A stretch of 64,000 bases of DNA from a virus (lineage: Duplodnaviria; Caudoviricetes): IMG/VR virus record IMGVR_UViG_3300042350_003801. The stretch is one strand, 5' to 3'. Position 1 is the stretch's first letter. Each line of letters opens with the position of its first letter. Both the position numbers and the translations under genes were made by a program. The notes below the pieces were generated by a model that made no database searches, was not told the origin of the DNA, and was given only the letters and a program-made list of their open reading frames with translations. This document shows, piece after piece, positions 1-8,558 of the stretch.

Positions 1-391
1 GTTGTCTATAAGAAATCACCCGAATCTCTTCCATTTCAGAGAAATCATAGGTGAATCCTGCATCTGCAAGACTATCGTTTTCAGAGAACATTTTATCAAC
101 GTGTCTTATACCCAAAAGAGAACCGTAGACTTCGACTACTGTAGTAGAAATTCTATACCATCTATGCTCCTCTGGATGCAACCCAGTAGCCATAGTTGTA
201 TGAGTGGTAAAATACTCATTATAAATTTCTTCTGGAATGTCTTCATCCCAACAGCTCAGTTGTGGTAAGTTTAAAGAATTTAATTTACTCAATAATTTAA
301 CAAATTTTCGTCGCGGACCAATCATATCAGGTTGTTCTAAAGCAGCATCATCACCGCCACCAAAATAATTATTAAAATTTTGTTGATTCAT
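1..391 (-). CDS. Partial gene running off the window; N-terminus resembles the MNYS/LGPNY family (QNFNNYF..G.D..ALEQP..IGP), remainder unrelated
   Basis: Manual translation from ATG at 391 is open for 130 codons to the window edge; 22 bp (caaaataattattaaaattttg) are identical to the family fragment at 3053-3074. Confidence 0.6.
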   Translation of the reverse strand, partial: MNQQNFNNYFGGGDDAALEQPDMIGPRRKFVKLLSKLNSLNLPQLSCWDEDIPEEIYNEYFTTHTTMATGLHPEEHRWYRISTTVVEVYGSLLGIRHVDKMFSENDSLADAGFTYDFSEMEEIRVISYRQ

Positions 392-401
392 TTTAAAGTA
401 A

Positions 402-1049
402 TTAACCCAAATTTTCTGGCAGAACTACACGACGAATAGTTTCACCGGGGCGAGCTTCTGCATCGTCAGGAAAAATAAAAGATCCAATGAGAAATGCTGT
501 AGAGCCGGACTCAACATTATCAAAGTTGTGACCATATTCGGTAAACAATTCCTTAAGGGTCTTGCCATCATATTGCATACCGTTTAGTTTTAGTTCTTGG
601 TCATTTGCCTTAAGGGTAACGGGTTCCCAGGATAGGCGAGGGTCATCATTATAAGAACCAATGTAGTTATTAAACATAACATTGTTATTCTCGTGTCTAC
701 ACAGTCGGTATTCAACAGCTTTAATCTCTTTTAGTTCTTTCCAAAAATCATCAGGAAGATTTTTAAGAAATTCTTTATTCAGTTCAATATCTTCTCTACA
801 GAAAGGACCATAACCTTCAAACAATTTCCCGGTTTTTAAATACTCATCAATGTGTGGAATAAGTTCACCTGGGTATTTTTTGCGGTCAATAAAATAAAAG
901 CACCAGTATTCATCAAATGAGTCCAACTCCAATTCATACTTATCGCAAAACGGATAGACTACATCTTCTGCATACTTTTTTGCCAGGTCTGTTATATTAT
1001 TCAATGCCGTGTCAAAAAGTTCTTCATAGTTGACAGCCGAAGTGGTCAT
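402..1049 (-). CDS. Hypothetical protein
   Basis: 215-aa ORF behind a dyad/TATAAT promoter at about 1080-1137. Confidence 0.7.
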   Translation of the reverse strand: MTTSAVNYEELFDTALNNITDLAKKYAEDVVYPFCDKYELELDSFDEYWCFYFIDRKKYPGELIPHIDEYLKTGKLFEGYGPFCREDIELNKEFLKNLPDDFWKELKEIKAVEYRLCRHENNNVMFNNYIGSYNDDPRLSWEPVTLKANDQELKLNGMQYDGKTLKELFTEYGHNFDNVESGSTAFLIGSFIFPDDAEARPGETIRRVVLPENLG

Positions 1050-1142
1050 AGTTCTAAAAAGTGTTTTGTTTACCTTGTGATTATAAGAGGAGGAGCAGCG
1101 CCATCAATAAATTTGTAGACAGTTGCTCAACTGGCACAAGAG

Positions 1143-1511
1143 TTAATAAGATGGTATTACACATTGTTCAACCAACGGAACAAAAACAAGTTCGTGGCCC
1201 CGTTTCAATAAAAATGGCATAGCCATCAATTCGTAGGTTGCAATGTCAATAATATCGTCATAAAAGGTAAGATCCCAGGCAGCGGATCTAGCCGCACACC
1301 AATCATCATAACCAATAATATACCAATCAGTTTTCCGGTTACATCGTTGGTAAAAGTCTTCATCCTGTTCTTCAGTAAAACTATCAATCTTGGTCCAGAA
1401 GTCCAAAACCATCCTATAATTTGATCCAAGAAATTTTTCTGGACGCAAAAGAACTTCGGAGTTATCACCCAACTGATAAGAAAGGAGACGATGAATTTTA
1501 GAGTAGTTCAT
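1143..1511 (-). CDS. MNYS/LGPNY paralog family protein
   Basis: MNYSKIH, PEKFLGSNY..VLDFW, ATYELMAM..LL..G..L.FVPL; degenerate AARSAAWD relic. Confidence 0.8.
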   Translation of the reverse strand: MNYSKIHRLLSYQLGDNSEVLLRPEKFLGSNYRMVLDFWTKIDSFTEEQDEDFYQRCNRKTDWYIIGYDDWCAARSAAWDLTFYDDIIDIATYELMAMPFLLKRGHELVFVPLVEQCVIPSY

Positions 1512-1621
1512 AATTTATCAAAAAGAGGGACAAAAAATAGTTCATAGCCTTCTTCCAATAAAATGTGCATACTTAGTAGTTCATAGGCTGCGGGTGGCCC
1601 GCGATTCGCTGGAGATAACAT
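1508..1621 (-). pseudogene. C-terminal fragment of a family gene (37 aa)
   Basis: MLSPANRGPPAAYELLSMHILLEEGYELFFVPLFDKL; its stop overlaps the ATG of 1143..1511. Confidence 0.7.
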
Positions 1622-1684
1622 AACAGGTTTTATGGGTTTGTGGAGTGGATGGTGGACGGTTGGTTAACTGGCACGATGTAAATG

Positions 1685-3040
1685 GGTCCATTAAAAAACT
1701 TCACTAAATAAAGATGCCTGGTTGGGTCGTGCTTTTCAGGTAGGGGATGAATGAATCATCCCCTTAAAACAATAACTTTCATAAATAATAACACGACCCA
1801 ATAATCAGAGCAGATGCACTTAAAAGCATACAAGTTCAGGATTTATCCAACTAAAGACCAAGAAGTTTTGTTAGCGAAAACTTTTGGTTGTTGTAGGTTT
1901 GTTTGGAACAAACTTGTTGAGAACTTCAATAACAACTCCAAGGAAATTATTAACGAAAAGACATTAAAAGACACTCCCGAATTTGAGTTTCTTAAAGAAG
2001 TTTCTGCTTCTACACTTCAACAAAAGAGAAACGACTTTATTGAATTCAAGAAGCAGTTTTTCAATAAGAAAAGAAAGGCCAAATTAGGACGGCCTTCTTT
2101 TAAGAAGAAATCGAATCTTCAGTCTTTTAGACTTCCCAATCAGAAATTCGTTCTAGACCAAGAAAGCGGTCTGGTTAGACTCGAAAAAATTGGTTGGGTT
2201 AAAGTTGTCGTTGACCGCGAAATCCCCGAAGATGCCGATTTTAGGAACATTACCGTTTCTAAAACTCCAACGGGAAAGTATTTTGCCTCTATCTTAGTCA
2301 AACAAGAACTCAATCCAATACCCTCAACCGGCAAGGTAGTAGGTATTGATTTGGGCATTAAAGACTTGTTCATTCTTTCAAATGGTCAAGTCATTAACAA
2401 TCCCAAGTGGTTTCACAAGAACCAAGCGAAACTCAAAAAAGCCCAGAAACATTTAAGTCGCAAGAAAAAGGGAAGTAATCGTTACAACCGGCAACGAATT
2501 AAAGTTGCTAGAATACACGAATACATTACCAACAGTAGAACTTACTTTCTCCATAACGTGTCTACCGCCTTGGTTAGAACTTTTGATTTAATAGTTCTTG
2601 AAGACCTTAATGTTTCTGGAATGCTAAAGAACCGTAAATTAGCGAAGTCCATTAGCGATGCGGCGTGGTCTACTTTTGTGTCTATGCTGGAATACAAGTG
2701 CAATTGGTACGGTAAAGTCTTGGTTAAAATTAATCGATTCTTTCCTTCCAGTAAGACTTGTAGTTCTTGTGAACATAAGGAAGACAAGATGCCTTTAAAA
2801 ATTCGGGAATGGACTTGTCCTTCTTGCGGTTGTCAACACGATAGAGACTTAAATGCCTCTATCAACATTCTTAAAGAAGGTTGGAGAAATCTAACCGACC
2901 AAGAACTTTCATCGGCGGAGTACGCCGATTACTGGCGTGGAGCGGAATTAAGACTAAATGGTGATTCACATCATTTAGCATCTGCTGTGAAGCGTCTAGA
3001 AAACCAATAGAGTTTTACTTTTATTGGTTTTTTTTACTAT
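1685..3040 (+). mobile_element. tnpB-only (IS1341-like) element, copy 1
   Basis: Similarity to the copy at 33401-34757 begins at ggtcca and ends at ttactat; no tnpA. Ends are inferred from the two-copy alignment only. Confidence 0.65.
1814..3010 (+). CDS. tnpB: TnpB RNA-guided endonuclease (IS200/IS605 family)
   Basis: KAYKFRIYP N-terminus, RuvC GIDLG / EDL / DRDLNA, zinc finger CSSC..CPSC. Confidence 0.95.
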   Translation: MHLKAYKFRIYPTKDQEVLLAKTFGCCRFVWNKLVENFNNNSKEIINEKTLKDTPEFEFLKEVSASTLQQKRNDFIEFKKQFFNKKRKAKLGRPSFKKKSNLQSFRLPNQKFVLDQESGLVRLEKIGWVKVVVDREIPEDADFRNITVSKTPTGKYFASILVKQELNPIPSTGKVVGIDLGIKDLFILSNGQVINNPKWFHKNQAKLKKAQKHLSRKKKGSNRYNRQRIKVARIHEYITNSRTYFLHNVSTALVRTFDLIVLEDLNVSGMLKNRKLAKSISDAAWSTFVSMLEYKCNWYGKVLVKINRFFPSSKTCSSCEHKEDKMPLKIREWTCPSCGCQHDRDLNASINILKEGWRNLTDQELSSAEYADYWRGAELRLNGDSHHLASAVKRLENQ

Positions 3041-3095
3041 CATTATCACCGTCAAAATAATTATTAAAATTTTGATGTGATTTAGAGTAGTTCAT
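3021..3095 (-). pseudogene. N-terminal fragment of a family gene cut by the tnpB element
   Basis: [20 protein letters not shown] runs into the element right end; ATGA overlap with 3092..3538. Confidence 0.7.
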
Positions 3096-3538
3096 AAGTC
3101 GTTAAAAAGAGGAACAAACAATAAATCCTTACCATCGTCCAAAAGCGTGTGCATACCAATTAGTTCATAAGTGGCATACCCGGCGGCAGACCCGGCGGCA
3201 TCCCCGGCGGCATCCCTGGCGGCAGCCCAGGCGGCAGACCCGGCGGCATCCCCGGCGGCATCCCTGGCGGCAGCCCAGGCGGCAATCCTGGCGGCAGACC
3301 CGGCGGCATCCCCGGCGGCATCCCTGGCGGCAGCCCAGGCGGCATTCCTGGCGGCAGCGTCTAGGGCATGATAACGGCGGGCAACTTCATTCCATTGGTT
3401 CTCGGTAAGACCGTCCATAAACCACCAGAAGTTAATGACGGTTTCGTAGTTTGGTCCTAGAAAATTCTGTGGATTTGTTAGGGCTTCAGGATTTTGAAGG
3501 CGGTTGGAGAAGTTTTTATGTGCTTTTGAGTAGTTCAT
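3092..3538 (-). CDS. Family protein with 15-unit AA-X-X repeat (copy A)
   Basis: Constant N- and C-terminal frames around [20 protein letters not shown] units. Confidence 0.85.
   Translation of the reverse strand: MNYSKAHKNFSNRLQNPEALTNPQNFLGPNYETVINFWWFMDGLTENQWNEVARRYHALDAAARNAAWAAARDAAGDAAGSAARIAAWAAARDAAGDAAGSAAWAAARDAAGDAAGSAAGYATYELIGMHTLLDDGKDLLFVPLFNDL
3176..3355 (-). repeat. 15 x 12-bp tandem array GCCGCC-NGG-NNT
   Basis: Units read directly; higher-order WA-RD-GD-GS block occurs three times. Confidence 0.95.
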
Positions 3539-3542
3539 AATA

Positions 3543-3573
3543 AGAAAAAATCCCTCATCAAAACTGATGAGGG
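3543..3573 (-). terminator. Intrinsic terminator-like hairpin
   Basis: Perfect 9-bp stem CCCTCATCA/TGATGAGGG followed by ATTTTTTCTT on the minus strand. Confidence 0.6.
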
Positions 3574-4253
3574 GTGCGAGAGTTTACATCAAAGATAGTA
3601 AGAATACCATCATTATCACCACAGCAAGAGTCTAGGACAATTGACTTATTATTATATGCAATTGTAACGAGATGATAATGACCACCGCAACGAATCCAAT
3701 CGTGATTAGATTCTTGGTCCCACCATTGAATCCGATTGCTATCGGAGTTCAAAACACCGTAAATGAGTTTATCCCGCATATGACGCGAGACTTCGTTAAC
3801 AGTGTAGATGCCATCATATTGCTTCGGAACATATAGTTTGGAACTAAAATATGCGTGTGAGCAACGGTATTCCAAATCATCTGCACCTTTAAATGCAACT
3901 GCAAACGGAAGTGATGCAAGCCAATCCATTAGTTCATCACTTGCAACATCAGAAGATGCAAAATCATCTAGGGTTCTTTGCAAGGATTCATCAATCTTCA
4001 CCGGATTTCCGCGAAGATAACGTTGCAGTTTCCACTGATGATTAGAGTGAATTAGTGTAACCTTTCCATCATCTTGAAGTTGGCGAATAGCACGGTAAAC
4101 TGCAACAGAATCAGATTCATCACAGCGAGAATCAAACACATCGCCGAGCATAACAAGATGGTAGTCTTGAATGTTATCGGCAATAAAAGAGAGAGCAGCA
4201 TCAAACCGCGAAAATACGGAGTGAACGTCTCCCATCAGAACAAAGTTGGTCAT
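3558..4253 (-). CDS. Calcineurin-like metallophosphoesterase
   Basis: GDVH, GDVFD, SNH, HA and GHYH motifs. Confidence 0.85.
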   Translation of the reverse strand: MTNFVLMGDVHSVFSRFDAALSFIADNIQDYHLVMLGDVFDSRCDESDSVAVYRAIRQLQDDGKVTLIHSNHQWKLQRYLRGNPVKIDESLQRTLDDFASSDVASDELMDWLASLPFAVAFKGADDLEYRCSHAYFSSKLYVPKQYDGIYTVNEVSRHMRDKLIYGVLNSDSNRIQWWDQESNHDWIRCGGHYHLVTIAYNNKSIVLDSCCGDNDGILTIFDVNSRTPHQF

Positions 4254-4318
4254 TGAAGTTTCCTGATTACACCATACTATATCATCAAGACCGACAGCGA
4301 GTTGATGGATTGTGACAG

Positions 4319-4774
4319 TTATTGAATTGTCACAATGTTTGCTTCTTCTTCGGTTGGAATTTGAAGAGATTTATACATTGATTCAATGACATAATCTGGA
4401 ATATGTTTTCCGGGGCGGCAATTGCGTTCTTTAATTAGTTCTAGTGGTGTATTAAAAAACACAATGGTTGGTTCGTGGTTTTGAAACAAATCAATCTTCA
4501 ATTTCCTGGTTTTAACAATAAGATTTGTTTGATCAATAAGGACATTCTTATCTGTAGTTGCGGCAATGCACATCAGACCATAGAAAACTTTGGCAGCCTC
4601 TTTGATCGTATTCTTCCATACATCGTTATATGTTTTATTTTGTAATTTTGCAACTTGCTCAATGTAGGCATCTGTTGAAAGATGAATGTAATTATCATAA
4701 TCGGATGAAAGAGAAAACGTGCTCTTTCCCGAACAAGGGAGTCCGCAAAGAATGATGAGTTTGGAGCTACTCAT
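4319..4774 (-). CDS. P-loop kinase (polynucleotide kinase-like, AAA_33)
   Basis: GLPCSGKST, IDQTN..R, RN..R.G..IP..VI motifs. Confidence 0.8.
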   Translation of the reverse strand: MSSSKLIILCGLPCSGKSTFSLSSDYDNYIHLSTDAYIEQVAKLQNKTYNDVWKNTIKEAAKVFYGLMCIAATTDKNVLIDQTNLIVKTRKLKIDLFQNHEPTIVFFNTPLELIKERNCRPGKHIPDYVIESMYKSLQIPTEEEANIVTIQ

Positions 4775-5127
4775 AGATTTTCTAACAATGGAATGAAGTA
4801 CAGAGAATGACCTTGATCCAATAAAACTTGCATCCCGATAATTTCGTAGCTAATCATTGCACAAGTCATATGGCCACCTAGATAATCTGATAATGTGGCT
4901 TCTCTACCAACAGTGCTACGGAAGGCAGCGAAAACTTTACTGCCATAAAATTCCGGGGAAAAAACTCCCCTCTTCGATAATTCTTCTTTTTGTTCTTGAG
5001 TAAGAGTGTCAAAAAATGTCCAAAAATTGAAAACACTTTTATAATTTGGACCAAAATGTTTTTCCGGGTTCTCAAGAACATCCGGTTGAACCCTAAGGTA
5101 TTCAGCCAGAGCATTAGAGTAAGTCAT
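4771..5127 (-). CDS. MNYS/LGPNY family protein
   Basis: NPEKHFGPNYKSVFNFW...SYEIIGMQVLLDQG..L.FIPL. Confidence 0.8.
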   Translation of the reverse strand: MTYSNALAEYLRVQPDVLENPEKHFGPNYKSVFNFWTFFDTLTQEQKEELSKRGVFSPEFYGSKVFAAFRSTVGREATLSDYLGGHMTCAMISYEIIGMQVLLDQGHSLYFIPLLENL

Positions 5128-5501
5128 AGATTTTCAAACAATGGAAGAGCTTTGATTTTATAGCCGCGTTCAATAATTGAATGCATTGCGATAATTTCGT
5201 GAGAAGCATGAGCCATGATGTGCGATTTTGGGCAATTGTCAAAAACAGTAGAACCAAGGCAACCGACGCACCCATACCAATAATCTTTTATGATATTTCT
5301 TGATTCATCAAACACAGAATAGTTAGCAGGAACTACACTACTGGGGAGTTTTTCTACCTGCCCTTTCGTTAAGTTTTCAAGAAAATTCCAAAAATTCAAG
5401 AGCGTTGCATAATTAGGCCCAAAATATTTTTCCGGGTTATCAAGAGCATCTGAAAGTGCGTGGAATCTACAAAAATTAAGATGATACTTGGAAGGTATCA
5501 T
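5124..5501 (-). CDS. MNYS/LGPNY family protein
   Basis: NPEKYFGPNYATLLNFW...ASHEIIAMH..IERG....LPLFENL. Confidence 0.8.
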   Translation of the reverse strand: MIPSKYHLNFCRFHALSDALDNPEKYFGPNYATLLNFWNFLENLTKGQVEKLPSSVVPANYSVFDESRNIIKDYWYGCVGCLGSTVFDNCPKSHIMAHASHEIIAMHSIIERGYKIKALPLFENL

Positions 5502-5920
5502 AAATTTTCGAAGAGTTTGATGTAAAGAGGTTCTATACCCCTAAGAAGAATTTTATCAATCAGATAGATTTCAAAGGATGTAGTCTGTAAGGTTACATCC
5601 TCGTTTTCTGTAATCCGAGCTATAGTTCCTCCGTGATATACACAAATCTCTTCCAATACCAACCAATAATCAAACCTGCGGATATTGTGCCTCCGTCGTC
5701 TATTTGCTTCTGCTTTTTGAAAGCCCGAAAGGCTATCATAGTAACTCCAAAAATTTAGGAGCAACTTATAATTTGGTCCAAGGGATTCTTCTAGTGGTTT
5801 TCCACCATCAATGAAGACAAGCTCGTTAAGAATCCGGGCGCGCAAGTTCATGTGAATTTTACTAACAAAGGAAGAATAGCACCAAAATCTAGAAGGTCTT
5901 GGTGCCGGTGGACAGTTCAA
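5498..5920 (-). CDS. MNYS/LGPNY family protein (divergent)
   Basis: LEESLGPNYKLLLNFW...TSFEIYLIDKILLRG..PLYIKLFENL. Confidence 0.75.
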   Translation of the reverse strand: MNCPPAPRPSRFWCYSSFVSKIHMNLRARILNELVFIDGGKPLEESLGPNYKLLLNFWSYYDSLSGFQKAEANRRRRHNIRRFDYWLVLEEICVYHGGTIARITENEDVTLQTTSFEIYLIDKILLRGIEPLYIKLFENL

Positions 5921-7404
5921 ACATCGTCCACTTGTTCAGACTCAATTGTTTCGATATCAATTTCACCTTTATCTGCCTCGGCAGTTTCTCTCATTTTAAA
6001 AGCGAAACTCTTGAACTTATAAGGTTCAATATCAATCACTTCCTTACGAAGTACGATACCTTCATCTGGAACCTTATTGACACACATATCACAATCTTTC
6101 TCAAGATAAGTATCACTCATCTTTTGAACAAAGTTTTCGTGCCAATGTTGGTCGGTAGGAATATCAAACAAGTCTTTTGCCTTGCCCCAATAAAGTTCGG
6201 GAACAACATTAAGACCGTACTTTCGGCAAAAATCCTTCACTTGTTGTGTTGAAAACTCAAACACTCTACCAGAAGGGCTAGTGAATGTGATGCGGTAGAT
6301 GTAAGTAGCAAACTCTCCAAGTTTACAACCATAGTCATATTCTTTTTGAATCCAACCACCATCTTTAGTGTATCCTACTGCCTCACAATAGAAAGTAAGA
6401 CCATCGCTCAGGTAATCTTCAAGAGAAAGGGCAATATCCCGCCAAAGGTCATAGGCATAGAAATGATTAGGAGATGGAGCAGCCTTAATAAACTTAATCC
6501 AATCTTGAATATTTTTATATGCAGCTTTTGGATTTTTGATTGCCTGGATAATATCGCTTGCAAAATGGCCAGGATTCTTTACCCAATGAACAGCATTACG
6601 TCCAAGGGTTTCATACCAAGTAAAATAATAGTTGCCATTTTTAACAACCTTACGGGAACTCCAGATAAGTTGATACTCAGTTTCTTTAACTTTTGCCCCA
6701 AGAAGTTTAGCCAGTTTGTCTTTAGTCGTGAGCCTACGGTTACACAAAACTTTACCGGCAATTGCAGAGGTTCCGTGTAGCTTTTTAGAGATATGGATTA
6801 CATCATCGGGTTTGATGTTATATGCATACTTTGCAAGATGCATCGTATCAACGTGGAATGCAAACTGTCCTTCAATCAGTTTAGATTCGCGGGCGAGTTT
6901 CTTTTGACCCTTTGGAGCCTTTGCCCGTGCTAGTTTTTGAAGCGCTTCCAGATTAATATACTTCTCACACAGAAGAACACCATCAATAGTATCAAAATCG
7001 GTGTCGGCGTGTTCCTCGGTGATTACAAAGTTGTGCTGGCGTTCCGATAGCCATTTATTGATAGAGTGTGCTGGGGAAATATAACCACTTGATTTCTCTG
7101 AACGAAGATTAATTGCCCTTACCCGACCTTTAGACGTAAAGAATCCTTTGGCTTCTTTATTCTCATTTAGGGAACTTTCTTGAAAGCTATTAGTGTAGGC
7201 AAGAAAATCCTTATTGATTGAGCACTCCAGCGGAAAGTACACATAAAGGTCATCTTCTTTTGCTTCTAGGCCAGTGATTACATTGTTGCCATCAATCGTG
7301 GTAACCTGCAAACGGTCGGCATTAGAATGTTTACGAAGATTCTTCAGTTTTACAACTTTGGCGAGATAATTGGGATTTGCCTTTTCAGAGATTTTAAGTG
7401 TCAT
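5917..7404 (-). CDS. RNA ligase (Rnl2/DRB0094-like) with N-terminal tRNA-binding-type OB fold
   Basis: N-terminal KH.NADRL; motif I KLHGTS, motif IV EGIVLR, motif V FKFKS. Confidence 0.8.
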   Translation of the reverse strand: MTLKISEKANPNYLAKVVKLKNLRKHSNADRLQVTTIDGNNVITGLEAKEDDLYVYFPLECSINKDFLAYTNSFQESSLNENKEAKGFFTSKGRVRAINLRSEKSSGYISPAHSINKWLSERQHNFVITEEHADTDFDTIDGVLLCEKYINLEALQKLARAKAPKGQKKLARESKLIEGQFAFHVDTMHLAKYAYNIKPDDVIHISKKLHGTSAIAGKVLCNRRLTTKDKLAKLLGAKVKETEYQLIWSSRKVVKNGNYYFTWYETLGRNAVHWVKNPGHFASDIIQAIKNPKAAYKNIQDWIKFIKAAPSPNHFYAYDLWRDIALSLEDYLSDGLTFYCEAVGYTKDGGWIQKEYDYGCKLGEFATYIYRITFTSPSGRVFEFSTQQVKDFCRKYGLNVVPELYWGKAKDLFDIPTDQHWHENFVQKMSDTYLEKDCDMCVNKVPDEGIVLRKEVIDIEPYKFKSFAFKMRETAEADKGEIDIETIESEQVDDV

Positions 7405-7679
7405 TGTTTTGCTCCGTAGGTTTTTTGAAGGTACTCAGAAAGATCTTTTAGTGCATCCAACTGAGATGCGAAATTATTAGATGAAGTTTTAAAATATTTT
7501 ACATATCCAAAGTGATCTTTTAACCACCATTCCCAATTACGAGTGGTGCTCTTATGATCGGAAATCTCGTGACCATATGGAATTGAAAATGAATCTCTAA
7601 TAGTATATGAATATCCTACCGGAAGAAACCTAGAAATTTTATCAATAGTTTCAATACAGGTGTCACCGAGAATTGTCAT
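7401..7679 (-). CDS. Hypothetical protein
   Basis: 92-aa ORF, translationally coupled to neighbours. Confidence 0.6.
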   Translation of the reverse strand: MTILGDTCIETIDKISRFLPVGYSYTIRDSFSIPYGHEISDHKSTTRNWEWWLKDHFGYVKYFKTSSNNFASQLDALKDLSEYLQKTYGAKQ

Positions 7680-8101
7680 TGTTTTGGATAGTTGGTTTCA
7701 ATGTAAATTTTAAGATTGGCCATTGCCTCGGCCATTGAGACAAAAGTTTCCTCAGACAAATAAGTAGCAGGACCGCAAAAAGAATCTGTATGGTCATTAA
7801 ATGCCCAAAACCAGGGTTTTTCTGGATCTAGACTTCTATTCAATTCAAATGAACACCCAAACGGAATAGGAATGTCGGGAAATCCACTGAAGGTTTCAGT
7901 TTTAGGTAATCCTACTAAATCAAGTTTACCCGCAAGTTGCCTTACAAGATTTACCAAATCATAGATATTTCGTTGTGGTTTGTTTACCCATTCTCTGCCC
8001 AAAGAAGTATCATCCAAAACAGCATTTTTATATTGCTCGGCAATATTTCGGAGGTCTTCTGTTGTCTGCCAATTGTGAATGTTTAGCTCAGTCATAATCA
8101 A
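7676..8101 (-). CDS. Hypothetical protein
   Basis: 141-aa ORF with ATGA overlaps. Confidence 0.6.
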   Translation of the reverse strand: MIMTELNIHNWQTTEDLRNIAEQYKNAVLDDTSLGREWVNKPQRNIYDLVNLVRQLAGKLDLVGLPKTETFSGFPDIPIPFGCSFELNRSLDPEKPWFWAFNDHTDSFCGPATYLSEETFVSMAEAMANLKIYIETNYPKQ

Positions 8102-8487
8102 GAAAGAAGATTTTTGATTTCGAGAATCAACCAGACCTTAGGTGCAGTGATGTTAAGAATAAGACTTTCCGCTGATGGGTAAAACTTATCACAGAAGGTG
8201 AAAATGATGCCCATAGCCATAAACATTAGGCCAGGAATTTCTGAACCAGACAAATCGTGATTTGGATTATTTACTGACCATCTCAAAAGTCGTTTAAAAC
8301 AAAAAATCAAGGCGATTATAAATGCGCCAGAGATAACCATACCAAGAAGATTACTCCAGAAACCGTACCAAACATATTGCAATGCAATGTCTGGAAGTTC
8401 CTTCATCGAGAAATCTTTCGTTGCATTAACAGCAACTAGCATCTGCTTAAGAATCTCGGCAAGTTGAGCCTGAAGTTGTTGGTTCAT
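8098..8487 (-). CDS. Hypothetical membrane protein
   Basis: Two hydrophobic stretches; follows a dyad-hairpin promoter. Confidence 0.6.
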   Translation of the reverse strand: MNQQLQAQLAEILKQMLVAVNATKDFSMKELPDIALQYVWYGFWSNLLGMVISGAFIIALIFCFKRLLRWSVNNPNHDLSGSEIPGLMFMAMGIIFTFCDKFYPSAESLILNITAPKVWLILEIKNLLS

Positions 8488-8558
8488 TGGTTGTTATGAT
8501 GTTGTCTATAGTAGACTAGGGCATCCAGAAGACCAGATGCCCCCAGGTGTGCCAGTTC

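Noticed and set aside
3176-3355. Repeat arrays as CRISPR
   Set aside because: Contiguous in-frame 12-bp units with no unique spacers and no cas genes.
3160-3371. ORFs 3160..3345 (MPPGLPPG...), 3171..3371 and 16753..16944
   Set aside because: Shadow frames of the stop-free 12-bp repeat; the family frame has conserved flanks.
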